From Epithemia pelagica (taxonomy: Eukaryota; Protista; Bacillariophyta): DNA of 64,000 nucleotides. Each line of letters begins with the position of its first letter. Position 1 is the first letter of the stretch. The translations under genes were made by a program, and so were the position numbers. Where the stretch lies: the NCBI GenBank assembly GCA_946965045.2, contig OX337230.1:3224001-3288000 (forward strand), given 5' to 3'. Below are positions 1 through 11,532 of the stretch, piece by piece. The notes under the pieces were generated by a model, which had not been told where the DNA came from, ran no database searches, and was given only the letters and a program-made list of their open reading frames with translations.

Positions 1-1190
1 GAGGGGTGAAGGAAATGGGTGCACCAACTTGGTGTCTCGGCCCTTGTTCCAATTGAGAAGGAGTAGCAACACGGCAATCCAACAGGGTCTTGGTTGATGG
101 AAATGGAGGGGTGAAGGAAATGGGTGCACCAACTTGGTGTCTCAGCCCTTGTTCCAATCGGGAAGGAGTAGCAACACAGCAATCCAACAGGGTCTTGGTC
201 GATGGAAATGGAGGGGTGAAGGAAATGGGTGCACCAACTTGGTGTCTCAGCCCTTGTTCCAATCGGGAAGGAGTAGCAACACAGCAATCCAACAGGGTCT
301 TGGTCGATGGAAATGGAGGGGTGAAGGAAATGGGTGCACCAACTTGGTGTCTAGGCCCTTGTTCCAATCAAGAAGGAGTAGCAACACAGCAATCCAACGG
401 GGTCTTGGTCGATGGAAATGGAGGGGTGAAGGAAATGGGTGCACCAACTTGGTGTCTCAGCCCTTGTTCCAATCGGGAAGGAGTAGCAACACAGCAATCC
501 AACAGGGTCTTGGTTGATGGAAATGGAGGGGTGAAGGAAATGGGTGCACCAACTTGGTGTCTCGGCCCTTGTTCCAATCGGGAAGGAGTAGCAACACAGC
601 AATCCAACAGGGTCTTGGTCAATGGAGATGGAGGGGTGAAGGAAGAGGGTGCACCAACTTGGTGTCTCAGCCCTTGTTCCAATCGGGAAGGAGTAGCAAC
701 ACAGCAATCCAACAGGGTCTTGGTTGATGGAAATGGAGGGGTGAAGGAAATGGGTGCACCAACTTGGTGTCTCGGCCCTTGTTCCAATCGGGAGGGAGTA
801 GCAACACAGCAATCCAACAGGGTCTTGGTCGATGGAAATGGAGGGGTGAAGGAAATGGGTGCACCAACTTGGTGTCTCAGCCCTTGTTCCAATCGGGAAG
901 GAGTAGCAACACAGCAATCCAACAGGGTCTTGGTCGATGGAAATGGAGGGGTGAAGGAAATGGGTGCACCAACTTGGTGTCTCAGCCCTTGTTCCAATCG
1001 GGAAGGAGTAGCAACACAGCAATCCAACAGGGTCTTGGTCGATGGAAATGGAGGGGTGAAGGAAATGGGTGCACCAACTTGGTGTCTCGGCCCTTGTTCC
1101 AATTGAGAAGGGGTAGCAACACAGCAATCCAACAGGGTCTTGGTCGATGGAGATGGAGGGGTGAAGGAAGAGGGTGCACCAACTTGGTGT
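1..1190. repeat. 105-bp tandem repeat (satellite), about 11.3 copies, open at window start
   Basis: GAGGGGTGAAGGAA recurs at 1, 106, 211, 316, 421 ... 1156; units differ by only a few substitutions. Confidence 0.97.
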
Positions 1191-1191
1191 C

Positions 1192-1927
1192 TTTTGCCCT
1201 TTGTTCAATAGAATCCGCACCAATCCGACCGTTCAGATTGTTGAAAATGGTCTTCTGGGATAATAGGAGGGAAGAAGCAGCGGCAATCCAGCAATCCAAC
1301 CAGTTTTGGTCGATGGAAATTGATGGGAGAATGAAATGGGTGCACCAACTTGGTGTCTTCGCCCTTTTTCAAACAGAACCACCAATCCAGTCGTTCAGAG
1401 CGTTGAAAATTGTCTTGTGGGATGATTGGAGGGAAGAAATAGTTGCCAAACAGCGATCACATGGTTGGGTTTTCATGGAAACAGAAGAAAATGATTAGTG
1501 GGCATGTAGGAAAACGACAAAACGAACTCTCACTGTTGTCTTGTCGACTTGGCTTACCTTTTTGCCCTTTGTTCAATAGAATCCTCACCAATCCGACCGT
1601 TCAGATCGTTGAAAATGGTCTTCTGGGATAATAGGAGGGAAGAAGCAGCGGCAATCCAGCAATCCAACCAGTTTTGGTCGATGGAAATTGATGGGAGAAT
1701 GAAATGGGTGCACCAACTTGGTGTCTTCGCCCTTTTTCAAACAGAACCACCAATCCAGTCGTTCAGAGCGTTGAAAATTGTCTTGTGGGATGATAGGAGG
1801 GAAGAAATAGTTGCCAAACAGCGATCACATGGTTGGGTTTTCATGGAAACAGAAGAAAATGATTAGTGGGCATATAGGAAAACGACAAAACGAACTCTCA
1901 CTGTTGTCTTGCCGACTTGGCTTACCT
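1192..1927. repeat. Two near-identical 368-bp direct copies, each containing a diverged version of the 105-bp unit
   Basis: TTTGCCCTTTGTTCAATAGAATC at 1193 and 1561; internal GAAATGGGTGCACCAACTTGGTGTC is shared with the satellite. Confidence 0.93.
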
Positions 1928-1974
1928 AGCACCTTTCCAATTTGAAAAAGGAAATGATTCTCTTTGTGTTCGCC

Positions 1975-2045
1975 TGTTTGTTGTAGCTGTTGTTGTTGTT
2001 GTTGCTGTTGTGTTGTTGTTGTTGTTGTTGCTGCTGCTGCTGTGT
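1975..2045. repeat. Imperfect (GTT)n/(GCT)n microsatellite
   Basis: Direct reading of the sequence. Confidence 0.9.
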
Positions 2046-2339
2046 GTTTTTTGGGGCGTTGGGGGTTGGTGTGAGTTGGATGAGGCACTCTATGACTCTA
2101 TCGTCAAAAAGTGATCACAAAAGTGGGAGAGTATATCTTTTGTGTGGTTGTTGTGTGAGGAAAATCTATTTTTCAGCGTTCTTCTGTAATTTGTGTCCAT
2201 TGTTCTTCGTATGTCACTGTGACATGATTTGGTGGTGGAGGAGAAATTTGTGGGTCGCTTTTGGAGTTTACGTGCGACTGGAATACTAGGTGTTATATGT
2301 GTAGCTAGTAGTTAGGTATCTAGGCAAAGGTTAGGCTCT

Positions 2340-2520
2340 GTGCACGCGTTTCCACATACAATAAACATGCTCACGCGGGTGTCAACACGTTTCACGCGTT
2401 GTCTACACGTTTCACGCGCATTCACGCGCAATCTGGAGCGCCACGCGCTTCGTACGCGCCAAATGCGCGTGATCCGTGTTCTGGGGGTGCTGCACGCGCC
2501 TATTGGGCGTGTGTCACGCG
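2340..2520. other. CACGCG/CACGT-motif cluster, possibly subterminal repeats of the adjacent Harbinger remnant
   Basis: About ten CACGCG-like motifs in 180 bp, immediately upstream of the transposase fragment. Confidence 0.45.
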
Positions 2521-2587
2521 CCTGTTGGTGGAATTCCAGTCACTTATCTTCAAAAAACCTCCTTAGACGAACGATGGTAATGTTCGG

Positions 2588-2842
2588 ATGAGACGCGTAT
2601 TGTTCCGTGCCGCAACTTCTGTTCGGCAATTGTCGGAGTGGGGGATGAGAGGTCTACAGGCATCTTTCCCTCGCCTCAAAGACCGTCTCCCCTATGAAGA
2701 GGTTGGAGAGCGCCGAGTCATTCTACGGTTGATTGCTCTTCTTTACAACTTTAGAGCATCAACTGTTGGATTTAATCAAATCCAGACGACATACATGCCA
2801 CAACTCCGTCAAAATGCTGCTCGTGCCACTAGTAATTTCTAG
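2588..2842 (+). pseudogene. C-terminal fragment of a PIF/Harbinger (DDE_Tnp_4-type) transposase
   Basis: ATSVRQLSEWGMRGLQASFPRL...LLYNFR...VGFNQI resembles the catalytic-Glu helix and C-terminus of HARBI1-like transposases; the frame is closed by TAG at 2564, so the N-terminal DD part is absent. Confidence 0.75.
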
Positions 2843-2980
2843 AATATCCTTTCAATGGAACTCTTACTAAATTTTATTTGATTGTTGTCCTTAATTTTCT
2901 TCGTGATCTTGATAGTCATTGTGTCCTCCATGGTCATCATGCTCATTTTCTCCTTCTTCTTCACGGCTTTGTTTCTTCTT

Positions 2981-4156
2981 TCAATTATGATTGTTGTCGG
3001 CGTTCTTTCCAAACATACCAGCCATAAACATCATGAACTGTTGTTGTTCTTGTTGGCGCTGTTGTGCCGCAAGTGTGGCCTGCTGTTGGGCCATTGTTGC
3101 TTGCTGCTGCATCTGTTGGAAGAGCAGCTGTTGCATTGTTGCATTTTGCTGGGCCTCTTTTGCACGCTCTTTCCTGTCTTTGTCGTCCTTCTCCTGCTTT
3201 TTGTTCATGCTCATGATGAGCCAGGTCATGAGGTCCTTCTGCTCTTGGGCCTGTTCTTGTTTGGGTGACCTCCTATGTGGAGTTCGTCCGGATTTAAGGG
3301 AACGTACTGTGGAAATAGAAGATTCTGTAATGTTGGTGGCTTCTGCGCCACCAGTCTTGAATAAGTTCGTCGGGATCCTTGAAGGTTGTTCGTCCTCTTC
3401 TTCTTCGTCTTCTTCTATTCCAAGGTCGTCTTCATCAACATCACCACCAGCATCAACTTTTGCGCAGATCAAACCAATGACCATCTTGGCCCTTTCCACA
3501 TCCTCGGGCATTGTGGGGTTTCCTGTGGGTACCTTCTTATTGTGTAAGGTGTTGAATTTTCGTCGCAACGAGTCTCTGTCTCGTTCACGACCTGGAAACT
3601 GCTTGTTGTACTCTTGAGTGACGATGTCCCATTCATCAGAACAGGCTGGCTTCAGGTCTTCTAACAGATCTAGGAGAAAGTCAACTTCCCCTTTCTTGTA
3701 GGTTGGTCCTTTGCTCCGCCCTGCCCCACCATTTCCTCCTTGTTTCTTGTTTGCCGCCATAGGGGGTGGTTTGGTCGTCTTGGTACTTGTCTTTGCAGGT
3801 TGTGTTGTCCTCGCAGGTTGTGTTGTCGCCCTCGCGGCTTGTGTTGTCGCCTTCAAGTTAGTTGGATTGTTGCTGCGCTTGGACTTCTTGATAGCCGCAG
3901 CGACCGAAGCAGCTATATCCTCACGCTTTTTTGCAAGACGGGGAGACTCACGGCGCCTCATAGGCAAGTTTCCTTCTCCTGGAGAGGATCGAAGCTCGTC
4001 CAGTCGTCGCATCTCTGCCGAGACATCAATTTCTTCGTTGTCATCTACCACTTGCTCTTCTTCAACCCCTTCTTCAGCTGCAACTGGTGTCAGCATGAGG
4101 GTAGATTCATCAGAGGAAGAGTCTGGAGACAAGGAAGCCGGACGAAACTCCTCCAT
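2981..4156 (-). CDS. Myb/SANT-like (DUF6818-like) protein, Harbinger accessory-gene type, 391 aa
   Basis: YKKGEVDFLLDLL...EWDIVTQEYN...RDSLRRKFNTL..KKVPTGNPTMPEDVERAK; convergent with the transposase fragment, as in Harbinger elements. Confidence 0.7.
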   Translation of the reverse strand: MEEFRPASLSPDSSSDESTLMLTPVAAEEGVEEEQVVDDNEEIDVSAEMRRLDELRSSPGEGNLPMRRRESPRLAKKREDIAASVAAAIKKSKRSNNPTNLKATTQAARATTQPARTTQPAKTSTKTTKPPPMAANKKQGGNGGAGRSKGPTYKKGEVDFLLDLLEDLKPACSDEWDIVTQEYNKQFPGRERDRDSLRRKFNTLHNKKVPTGNPTMPEDVERAKMVIGLICAKVDAGGDVDEDDLGIEEDEEEEDEQPSRIPTNLFKTGGAEATNITESSISTVRSLKSGRTPHRRSPKQEQAQEQKDLMTWLIMSMNKKQEKDDKDRKERAKEAQQNATMQQLLFQQMQQQATMAQQQATLAAQQRQQEQQQFMMFMAGMFGKNADNNHN

Positions 4157-4631
4157 GGTGATTCAACCATGAGAGAGAGAAGGAGGAGGGTGGAGGCGGA
4201 GGTGCAAACCACAACCAAGGAATTTCTTTGTTTGGGGGGTTGCAAGATGTATATCTTATACGAATACATATATATCTATAGAGGTGGCAAGGTGTCTTAC
4301 GTGCGTTGAGGATGTTGTGTTTAGGGTGTTTCGTTTGCTCGGCAGTCCGAGGTGCCGAGCATTTCTTGGCTGTATCTTAACATAAGCATCCAATGAGCAG
4401 GTTATGGGTACAAAATATTTGAGTTTGTGTTCGTTCGTTAAGTCTGTTAACTACTTTCAGTAAACACCCAATCATAACAGTACTCGTAATTAGGGCCATT
4501 TTCTCTTGCTACGTGTCACCACGTATCCAAAAATTAAAGATATAGTAACTCAATCACCGTTAAGGCCGCAGCTCAAGAAATGCGAATCGTCGTGTCTTGT
4601 TAGGCAGTGGCAGCACTCCCAGATCTTGACA

Positions 4632-7473
4632 ATGGTCAAGTCCGCATCACCATTTGGCATAAATGTGGCTTACCTCGGAATACTTCTATGCGGAACAGCC
4701 GTCGGGGCTGCCCACTACGAGAGTCAGAGCCATCGGAAGGACATTGCCAATAAAGAGTTTGACCCCACGAAATACAAGGTTGAATTTTGTGATTTGCCAC
4801 CTTACGTGAATTCGAGCACCGCATTTAAACCCAGTAGAGATGTCTGCATTGGCTTTTCCGTGTTTATCCAAGACATGGATTCCGAAAGGATTCAAACGTT
4901 GGCCGAGGCCTATGCCCCGTTTCTGTTCTTCCATCCTCTCGAAACCTTTACCATGAGCTCGGTGGAAAGGACCTTTGAGAACAGCACAGAGGGCCAAATT
5001 TATCGAACGTCCGACAAATCCGTGTTTGATGATGAGTTACGTCCTTCATCACTCTTGTCGAATACACGAGATCCCGATTTGGCTCTGTCCTCGCACGATT
5101 TTCATATCGAGCATTCTCTTGACTTTGACTACAAACTGGGAGATGGCTTTGATGACAATGGACTGTCGCGAGCACCCATCTACTACCGGGCCTTTGACTC
5201 TGGAAATGGAACCATCACCTTCAATTACTTCTTTTACTTCACCTGGAACGGACCCACCAATCTTGGCTTGATCAGCAGCTACAACGGCACGAACCAGTAC
5301 GTACGGTTCTTGCAACCTCCCTTTGCTGTACATGAAGCGGATTGGGGTAAGTTTGTATACTAAATCGCCTAGAGCATTCTCTCTGACTCTCATGGTTCTC
5401 GGGAATTGTATCTCTTTATTGAAAAATGTCCATGTTCTATCAAAAAAAGAGTCGCTCAGTGTGACAGCGTGTGTTAGTGATACCATCGAAACACCATTGG
5501 CTGTCACCTATCGACAACGAAACTATGGACAAATTATGGACTGTACCAAAGGAGAATGTCTCTTTTTTGTGGACCATCCTACCAATGTGGTGGGATTTGT
5601 CGCGCTCAACAGCCATGCCGTGTATCCCACTGCCGCCACAGAAATGGTCTACGAGGAGGTGAGCCCACTCGAGTTTTTTGTCAATCTCCAAGCGGTGTTG
5701 CTGGTAGATCGTTTGGCCTATGCAGATAAGGAGGGAAACTACCGTTATTTCGCACCCAACGCATCCAATGTTGTGCGTCTCAAGGAACAAACAGAAATTC
5801 CTAGCTTGGCCAACGAATCCGAATACTGGGGTGCCTTTGGTGGTCGATGGGGTCGGACGGAACAATATCTCGGCTCGGCGTTTACACCGGAATGGCCCGT
5901 TTGTTTAGATGACAGCACCACGGAATATGCCCCCTGTCCGACAGAAGAGGAAAATCCACCCTTTCATCTAGCATTGAAAATGCTGGGGGTGGAGGAAACA
6001 GATTCGGCATTGATTCAAGGCGCTTCCAACCTTGTCGATTTCTTGGTCGACTTCTTTTCACAAACACATATCGCATCCATGGGACCCGCCGTGTCGACCT
6101 TTTATTCACGGTACGAAATCCCATTCAATGCTCCCATTTGGCGAGAAGTGGGTTCCGTCGAAAATGAAGCCGCATTCTGCAACAATCTAAGTGATATACC
6201 GGATACCTTTCGACTACCAGTGGAAAAGGAGTCGGTTCCACTTGTTGAAAACACCATTGGGGTTGCCTGTATGTTTATCTTTTTTACCCTATTCAATGTC
6301 GTGCTTGTCGCGAGGCACAAAATGAGGAGACTGAGACCTGTTGTGGGAAAAGATGAGCAGGGAGCTTACCAAAAACCGGGGAAACTAACGAGATCACTGG
6401 TGTTTGAGCATTTATGGTCACTAGTGGGTGCCTACGTCTTTACCATGCTCGGAATGGTACTTTTCTTTATTGGTCATGCTTCACTTACACACTTGCTGGC
6501 AGAGACGGTCAGTTTTCTGAACTGGGATGTTGTTGATGGGTGTATGATTACAGTGGCGGTTTTCAACACAATTTCAAACACCTTGCTTATCGGAGCGGGG
6601 TGGTTTCAATGCGAGGATGTGAGTATTGCTGTCTTGGCGCTTCAACACCAAATTTGAGAGGGTCCATCAGTGTCTCACCCGGAAAGTTTGACAAACTACA
6701 CTAGCTGTGGCTACGAATTAACAGGACCTATTTCGAGCTGATTGAAGATGAGGATGGGGTTGACCGGTTTGAATGGGAATCTCGCTATTCAGAGTCCGTC
6801 TTGCGTATCAAGAGACGCCTAAACGCGAGATCGTTCAGTATTGCGTTTGCTGTCTTGAACATGAGCCTGGTTCTTGCAGTGTTCATGGTTACATCAGGGG
6901 TATACGATGTGGGATTCTCGTACATGTTTGGGACCTTGGTGAGTGCATAGATATTATGCAGCTTTATATCCATTTTTTGGTGTGGAGTGTGTTCTCACCG
7001 CACAAGTTTGCTTATCCATAAAACAGTGCCGCGCCTTGGTGGGGTCGTTGGATGGTGTTTGTTTCAAGTTTCCTGCCTTTGGAGGAGACATTAAATGCGG
7101 TGCCGACTTTCAGGAATTTTGCCGAGACTGGGCGAGAGTGGAAACCATCATTACACTTTGGGGTGGATTCATGGTTGTGGTGGGAAATTTCTACCTGATA
7201 GTGTTTGCATCGTTGGCCGATGTGAACATTACCTATGCAACACAAGCTCTCTTGGCAATCAAGTCCACGGCGTCGTTGTCACAAATATCGAGCATGTCTA
7301 TCTCAAGAGTTGAAACTAAGGCTCTCATTGGCAATTCGGAGGATGGTTCACTGCCAAAGAATGAAAATGCTAATGACACTCCCCTTTTGGACGAAACAAG
7401 TGCTGGGGATGAAGGCTCAAACAGTTTGCTGCTTTCTCCGATCGAATCGTTAAACTCGGTGCCCCAACGATAG
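4632..7473 (+). CDS. Multi-exon Vps62-like (DUF946) domain protein with C-terminal transmembrane helices
   Basis: YAPFLFFHPLE, APIYY, FNYFFYFTWNG; intron 5347-5449 (GTAAGT..AG) restores HEADWESLSV; further GTGAGT donors near 6618 and 6940; hydrophobic segments downstream. The 3' exon boundaries are approximate. Confidence 0.7.
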
Positions 7474-7709
7474 CCACGAACAAGAGTGGAGGCACTTCGA
7501 CACCACGTGAATTGTTACTTGTATTCTGTTACGCTATTTGTAAATTTGCTTTGTTTGAGCTGACTTTTTGCCGCTGATTCAAATGGAAGTAAGGTGTCGT
7601 TTGCTAGGAAAACCGAAAAACAGTATATCAACCGTGAACATGGGCTAGTGTACATTATAGCTTGAGAGGTGGTTACTGACATACAGCATCAAGGATGCAC
7701 GAAGATGAA

Positions 7710-7840
7710 TTTCGTTTTCCAGATGAGGCACCCACTGATCCAAAGAAGGGACAAAGTCGGTGCTCAACTTATGTGTGTTTGTCCGCCTTGTCATGGTATC
7801 CAGGTTGCGATTTCCGTCCTTTCCCGGGACTTGGTTTTTC
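7710..7840. repeat. Diverged direct repeat, copy 1 (copy 2 at about 10655-10775)
   Basis: GTTGCGATTTCCGTCCTTTCCCGGGACTT versus GTTGCGCTTTCCGTCCTTTCCCGGGACTT, with upstream GATCCAAA.AGAAGG and TGTTTGTCC.CCTTGT also shared. Confidence 0.8.
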
Positions 7841-7845
7841 GTCAA

Positions 7846-10218
7846 TTATGCAAGATCAAGAATTGAATATGCCTTCTTCAAGAATACTGCACTGCGCTCA
7901 TTCCCGAAGGTCAACTTCAACGCTCTCAACGATTTCTTGGTTTGCTCGCGACGATCTAAAAAGCACGCATTATCAGGGTCTCTCTCATAGAACCCTTGCC
8001 AAGGAATCGGCACACCTGTGCTCAATGCACAAATTGTAGACAACAATGACGCGGTATCGTGCTTCGGCATGGGACGCCAAACCGTCGTGTTGCGCTTTTG
8101 GTGCACTTCTTGATGGGCAAAGGCAAGGCTGCCTCGAAAACCCTTGGCTTGTTTACCAACCCCATAAACCGAGCAACCCCAGTCAATGAGGACAAACGTT
8201 TTAGAGCTTTTGTCCAAGATGATATTTCGAGCACAGACATCCAAATGGAAGACATTCCGTTCATGTGCAAAGTTCAAAGCTGACTGGATATCTGTGTATA
8301 GACACTGAAGTTGCTCCGTATTTAGCTTGCCATTCACGAGCGATCCTTTTGGTGAGAACTTGAAGGCAGGGACCTTGATCGTAGTTCCTCGAATCGTGTA
8401 GCAGATGCTTCCAAAGTCTTTCAGCATGGGAATCGACTGTGGGCGGGAGGCAGGGCTTTTGTTTAGAGCCATCAGAGCTCTCAGCTCCCTTTCGATGTAT
8501 TGAACCTCCCCAACGACAGAAGATTTCACTACGAAGTTATCATTCTTTGCTTCTCCACTTTTCTCCTCCTTTCCTTGGTACACAATCCCATGTGTTCCAT
8601 ATCCAATGACATGATAAAGCTCTAGCGATTTTGCCTGTGCAACTTGTGTAGATTGATTGTGCACATGGTAGCTCGCATTTGCTGACGAGTCTCCACCGAA
8701 GAACTGCAACCCAAGAACTTTGTCGTCCGAGCAAACCAGTCTGAACAGCTCCTGCATCCCCACTGGTACAGACGTATTGTCGCGAGGAAAAGGACAAGAG
8801 GCGTTACTCGTTAGATAGGTTCGGTAGGATTCTTTTGTGACAAACTTCTTCAAGGCAACCTCCGAAACCAAGGGGAGAATTCCTGATCGCTCGACATCCA
8901 GGGATATGTCGCCGGTTTCCATTCCTGACAAGGTAAGTGTTATCACCTCCAAATAAACTGGAGTGTAAATGGACTTGAGATTAGTACCCACTCCACCAAG
9001 ATTGAAGGCAACAAGAGTCCGCCTCGCCAGATGACCTACGCATTGCTTCACGGCCTCCATATGCGTGTCTTTGGGGGTCTTTCGCCCGCATGAAACGTTT
9101 TTGGCTTCCACAGGTATTGACATTTCATGAGCAAGCAGATAAGGATTGAAAGCCATGAGTTGATTGACTTCATAATCCACGAATCGCTTGGTACCAAAAC
9201 TACCCATTTTGGGAATGTAGCGCTCCTTCTGCACATTGGATCGAACTGCCGGCTCCAATGCGTACTTGGCACACTTCTCTTGTTGCCCTGCAGGCGCCAG
9301 TGCTGCTGCCACTGCGACATCCGGTTCGTTTCTGTCTTGCTCGTTTGCAGCTTTCTCGGCAGTGCCAATGAGTGACAAGGTTCGAAACAGACACGCTAGG
9401 ATAGGCTGGACTGCTTTCTTCTCCGCTGATGCGTAGGATGGAACCGTGCACTTGTTTTGCTTGTCTACCGCCTGCGTGCTCCATCCAAGAATGTGGCTGA
9501 CAGTCTTGCTGATTTGTGCGCTGGTTGGTTTCTTGTGGATATTTGCCTGTTCCATGGTGTCATTCCAAAAGGAGGCAAACTTGAGCAAAGTTGCAGGTGC
9601 TGGTGTATCTATTTTCGGAGGGGCTTGAACCGCGGCGAGATGTTTTTCGGCCACCTACTGTGCAGCGCCAGGGCTGTCAATGTGAACACCCCTCATCATG
9701 TACTTAAAATGCTCTTCGGTGCATTCATCCTCGGATGCAGTGGCTGTTGATTTTGTCTCTGTTTTGTTGGCAAAAGCAGCCATTTCCTTGAGGTCGTTGC
9801 GCACTCCTGAAAACTTCTCCAGGGTCCCTTGTAGTGGCCTGGCAACGTAGTGATCCAGATAACAATATAAACGGTAACTATCATCACTTGAACAACCTTG
9901 CAACTCCTGGATATCCAAGTTGGGAAATCGAGCTTTTAGACGGTTTAGATTTTCATCTGAGAGAAACTCTTCCAGACTTTTTCGTTGTCCTTCTTCCAAT
10001 TCATTTCCGTCGCACATGAGGCCAACCACGTCAATGTAACGACGGACTTCCGCATGTATGTTTTGTATTTCAGCGAATGTTCCCTTGGTTTCTTTGGCAT
10101 GAAAGGTATGCAAGTGGCGCGTCACTGAATCCTCGTCCGATTGAGAGGGAGTTTCGTTGTCTTGTTCGTGATCGTCGAGTTGATCGCTTTTGCGCTTCGT
10201 GCTGTTACGAGTAGTCAT
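7846..10218 (-). pseudogene. Protein kinase with upstream putative PD-(D/E)xK nuclease-like region (Crinkler-like architecture), interrupted by an in-frame TAG at 9655-9657
   Basis: ORFs 9655-10593 and 7846-9654 are in the same frame and separated by one stop; kinase motifs IGYGTHGIVY, VVKS, HLDVCARNII, LIDWG, GSLAFA; upstream VDY...IPVEAK...EAVKQC. Confidence 0.65.
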
Positions 10219-10654
10219 GGTGGCTCTCTTGTGTCCCGTCGTTCTTTCACTATGTGTTGTGGAGACCAGAGACCACAATATCGTTCTCCTCAAAACCTCA
10301 GAAAAAAATCGCCCCTGTGGCCACGTTGAATGACGAACGGCGGTCAGACGGCTAGGAACAAAAACTCCAGAACTCTTCCATCCAATGACCGATGCATGGC
10401 CTCCACGGATGATGATTTCAAATGACGAGCGTGATGGTTTCATTTCATGGGACGGAGTTTGGGGAAATCGGTCTTTCCATCCAGAGCGTGCACAGGCTCT
10501 AGCAATACTGAGCCATGGGAAAAGCGAGGCAGCACGTTTTACAAGCTCTACTAGGATAACCGGCCACCCAAACAGTACATCCACCGTGAACATGGTCTAT
10601 CCGGTTGCAGCGTCCTTTACTCTTTGAGAGGTCGCTATTTCGATGAGCTGTTCA

Positions 10655-10775
10655 AAGATCCGTTTCGTGTTTCAGATGATCCAAACAGAAGGAAACTGTG
10701 GGTGCTCTGTTTGTCCACCTTGTTATATGATATCCAAGTTGCGCTTTCCGTCCTTTCCCGGGACTTTTTTGTTCT
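10655..10775. repeat. Diverged direct repeat, copy 2
   Basis: See copy 1; minus-strand translations read VPGKDGNRNLD and VPGKDGKRNLD. Confidence 0.8.
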
Positions 10776-11532
10776 TGATGCTATTGTAGTTGTAGGACTT
10801 GGGACTTGCAAACCTCTGTAAGTGTCTGCCCGCGAGGAAATTTGGTGGAGCACCTCGTTCTGCGCAGGTCTGATTCCAACCCGTTGGGGTTGCGGTGCTC
10901 ACACCACAGCCATATGTGGGCGTGCGTGGCTCCCCCCGCGTGATTGTGGTTCCTTGAAAGATTTTTATGTGAGAGATTCCGCACACAAATTTCTTTCGAC
11001 CGTTGAAGCGTTGAGGACTCGTAACGGATCTATTTAGGTGCGTTCAAGAAAACTTTAGTATTGCCTCCTCTTTAAGTAAGACCAAGTCATAGCAAAATTT
11101 CAAGGTCACGGTCCTCTAATTACTTGTACGCACGCACGGCGAAGGCAGTTCCTGGGCCATTAACATGTGCGCCAAAAAATGTCGTTCCAGGAAGCAAACG
11201 GATGTGTTTCTCTGAAGCGAAGGAATAGAGAGCCGTTCAGCTTTAGAGCACAGTGTCGATCCAAGAATACACCTTTCAACCGTCACATCGTGGCTCAAGT
11301 GCCTTTTGGTCACACACCCGCACCATTGGACAAAAAGCCAAGAGAGAGAAAAAGAGAGAGAACGTGTTGGTTGCTATCCTTGTGTCATTCTAGACGAACA
11401 ACGGGATCCTCCTTGGTACGACTCTTGTTCTAGAATTGCATTCATCTAGTTGCCACAGTTTGTCCTGCTGGCAACGGCTCGTGTCAGTCCAAAACGAGGA
11501 AAGAAACCAGAATTGCCATTACTTCCGCCGCC

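Noticed and set aside
1-1190. CRISPR array, or a real 35-aa repeat protein (ORF 90-1106)
   Set aside because: There are no unique spacers. The unit length is divisible by 3, so long ORFs appear in several frames on both strands; no evidence favours coding.
1825-2289. Poly-Q/T, poly-C and poly-V/L ORFs
   Set aside because: Translations of the GTT/GCT microsatellite.
2325-4500. TIR pair for the first Harbinger remnant (candidate TTA|GGCTCTGTGCA at 2331)
   Set aside because: No matching inverted copy found downstream of the accessory ORF.
9600-9720. Intron removing the TAG in the kinase gene
   Set aside because: Nearby GT..AG candidates are very short and give the wrong phase.
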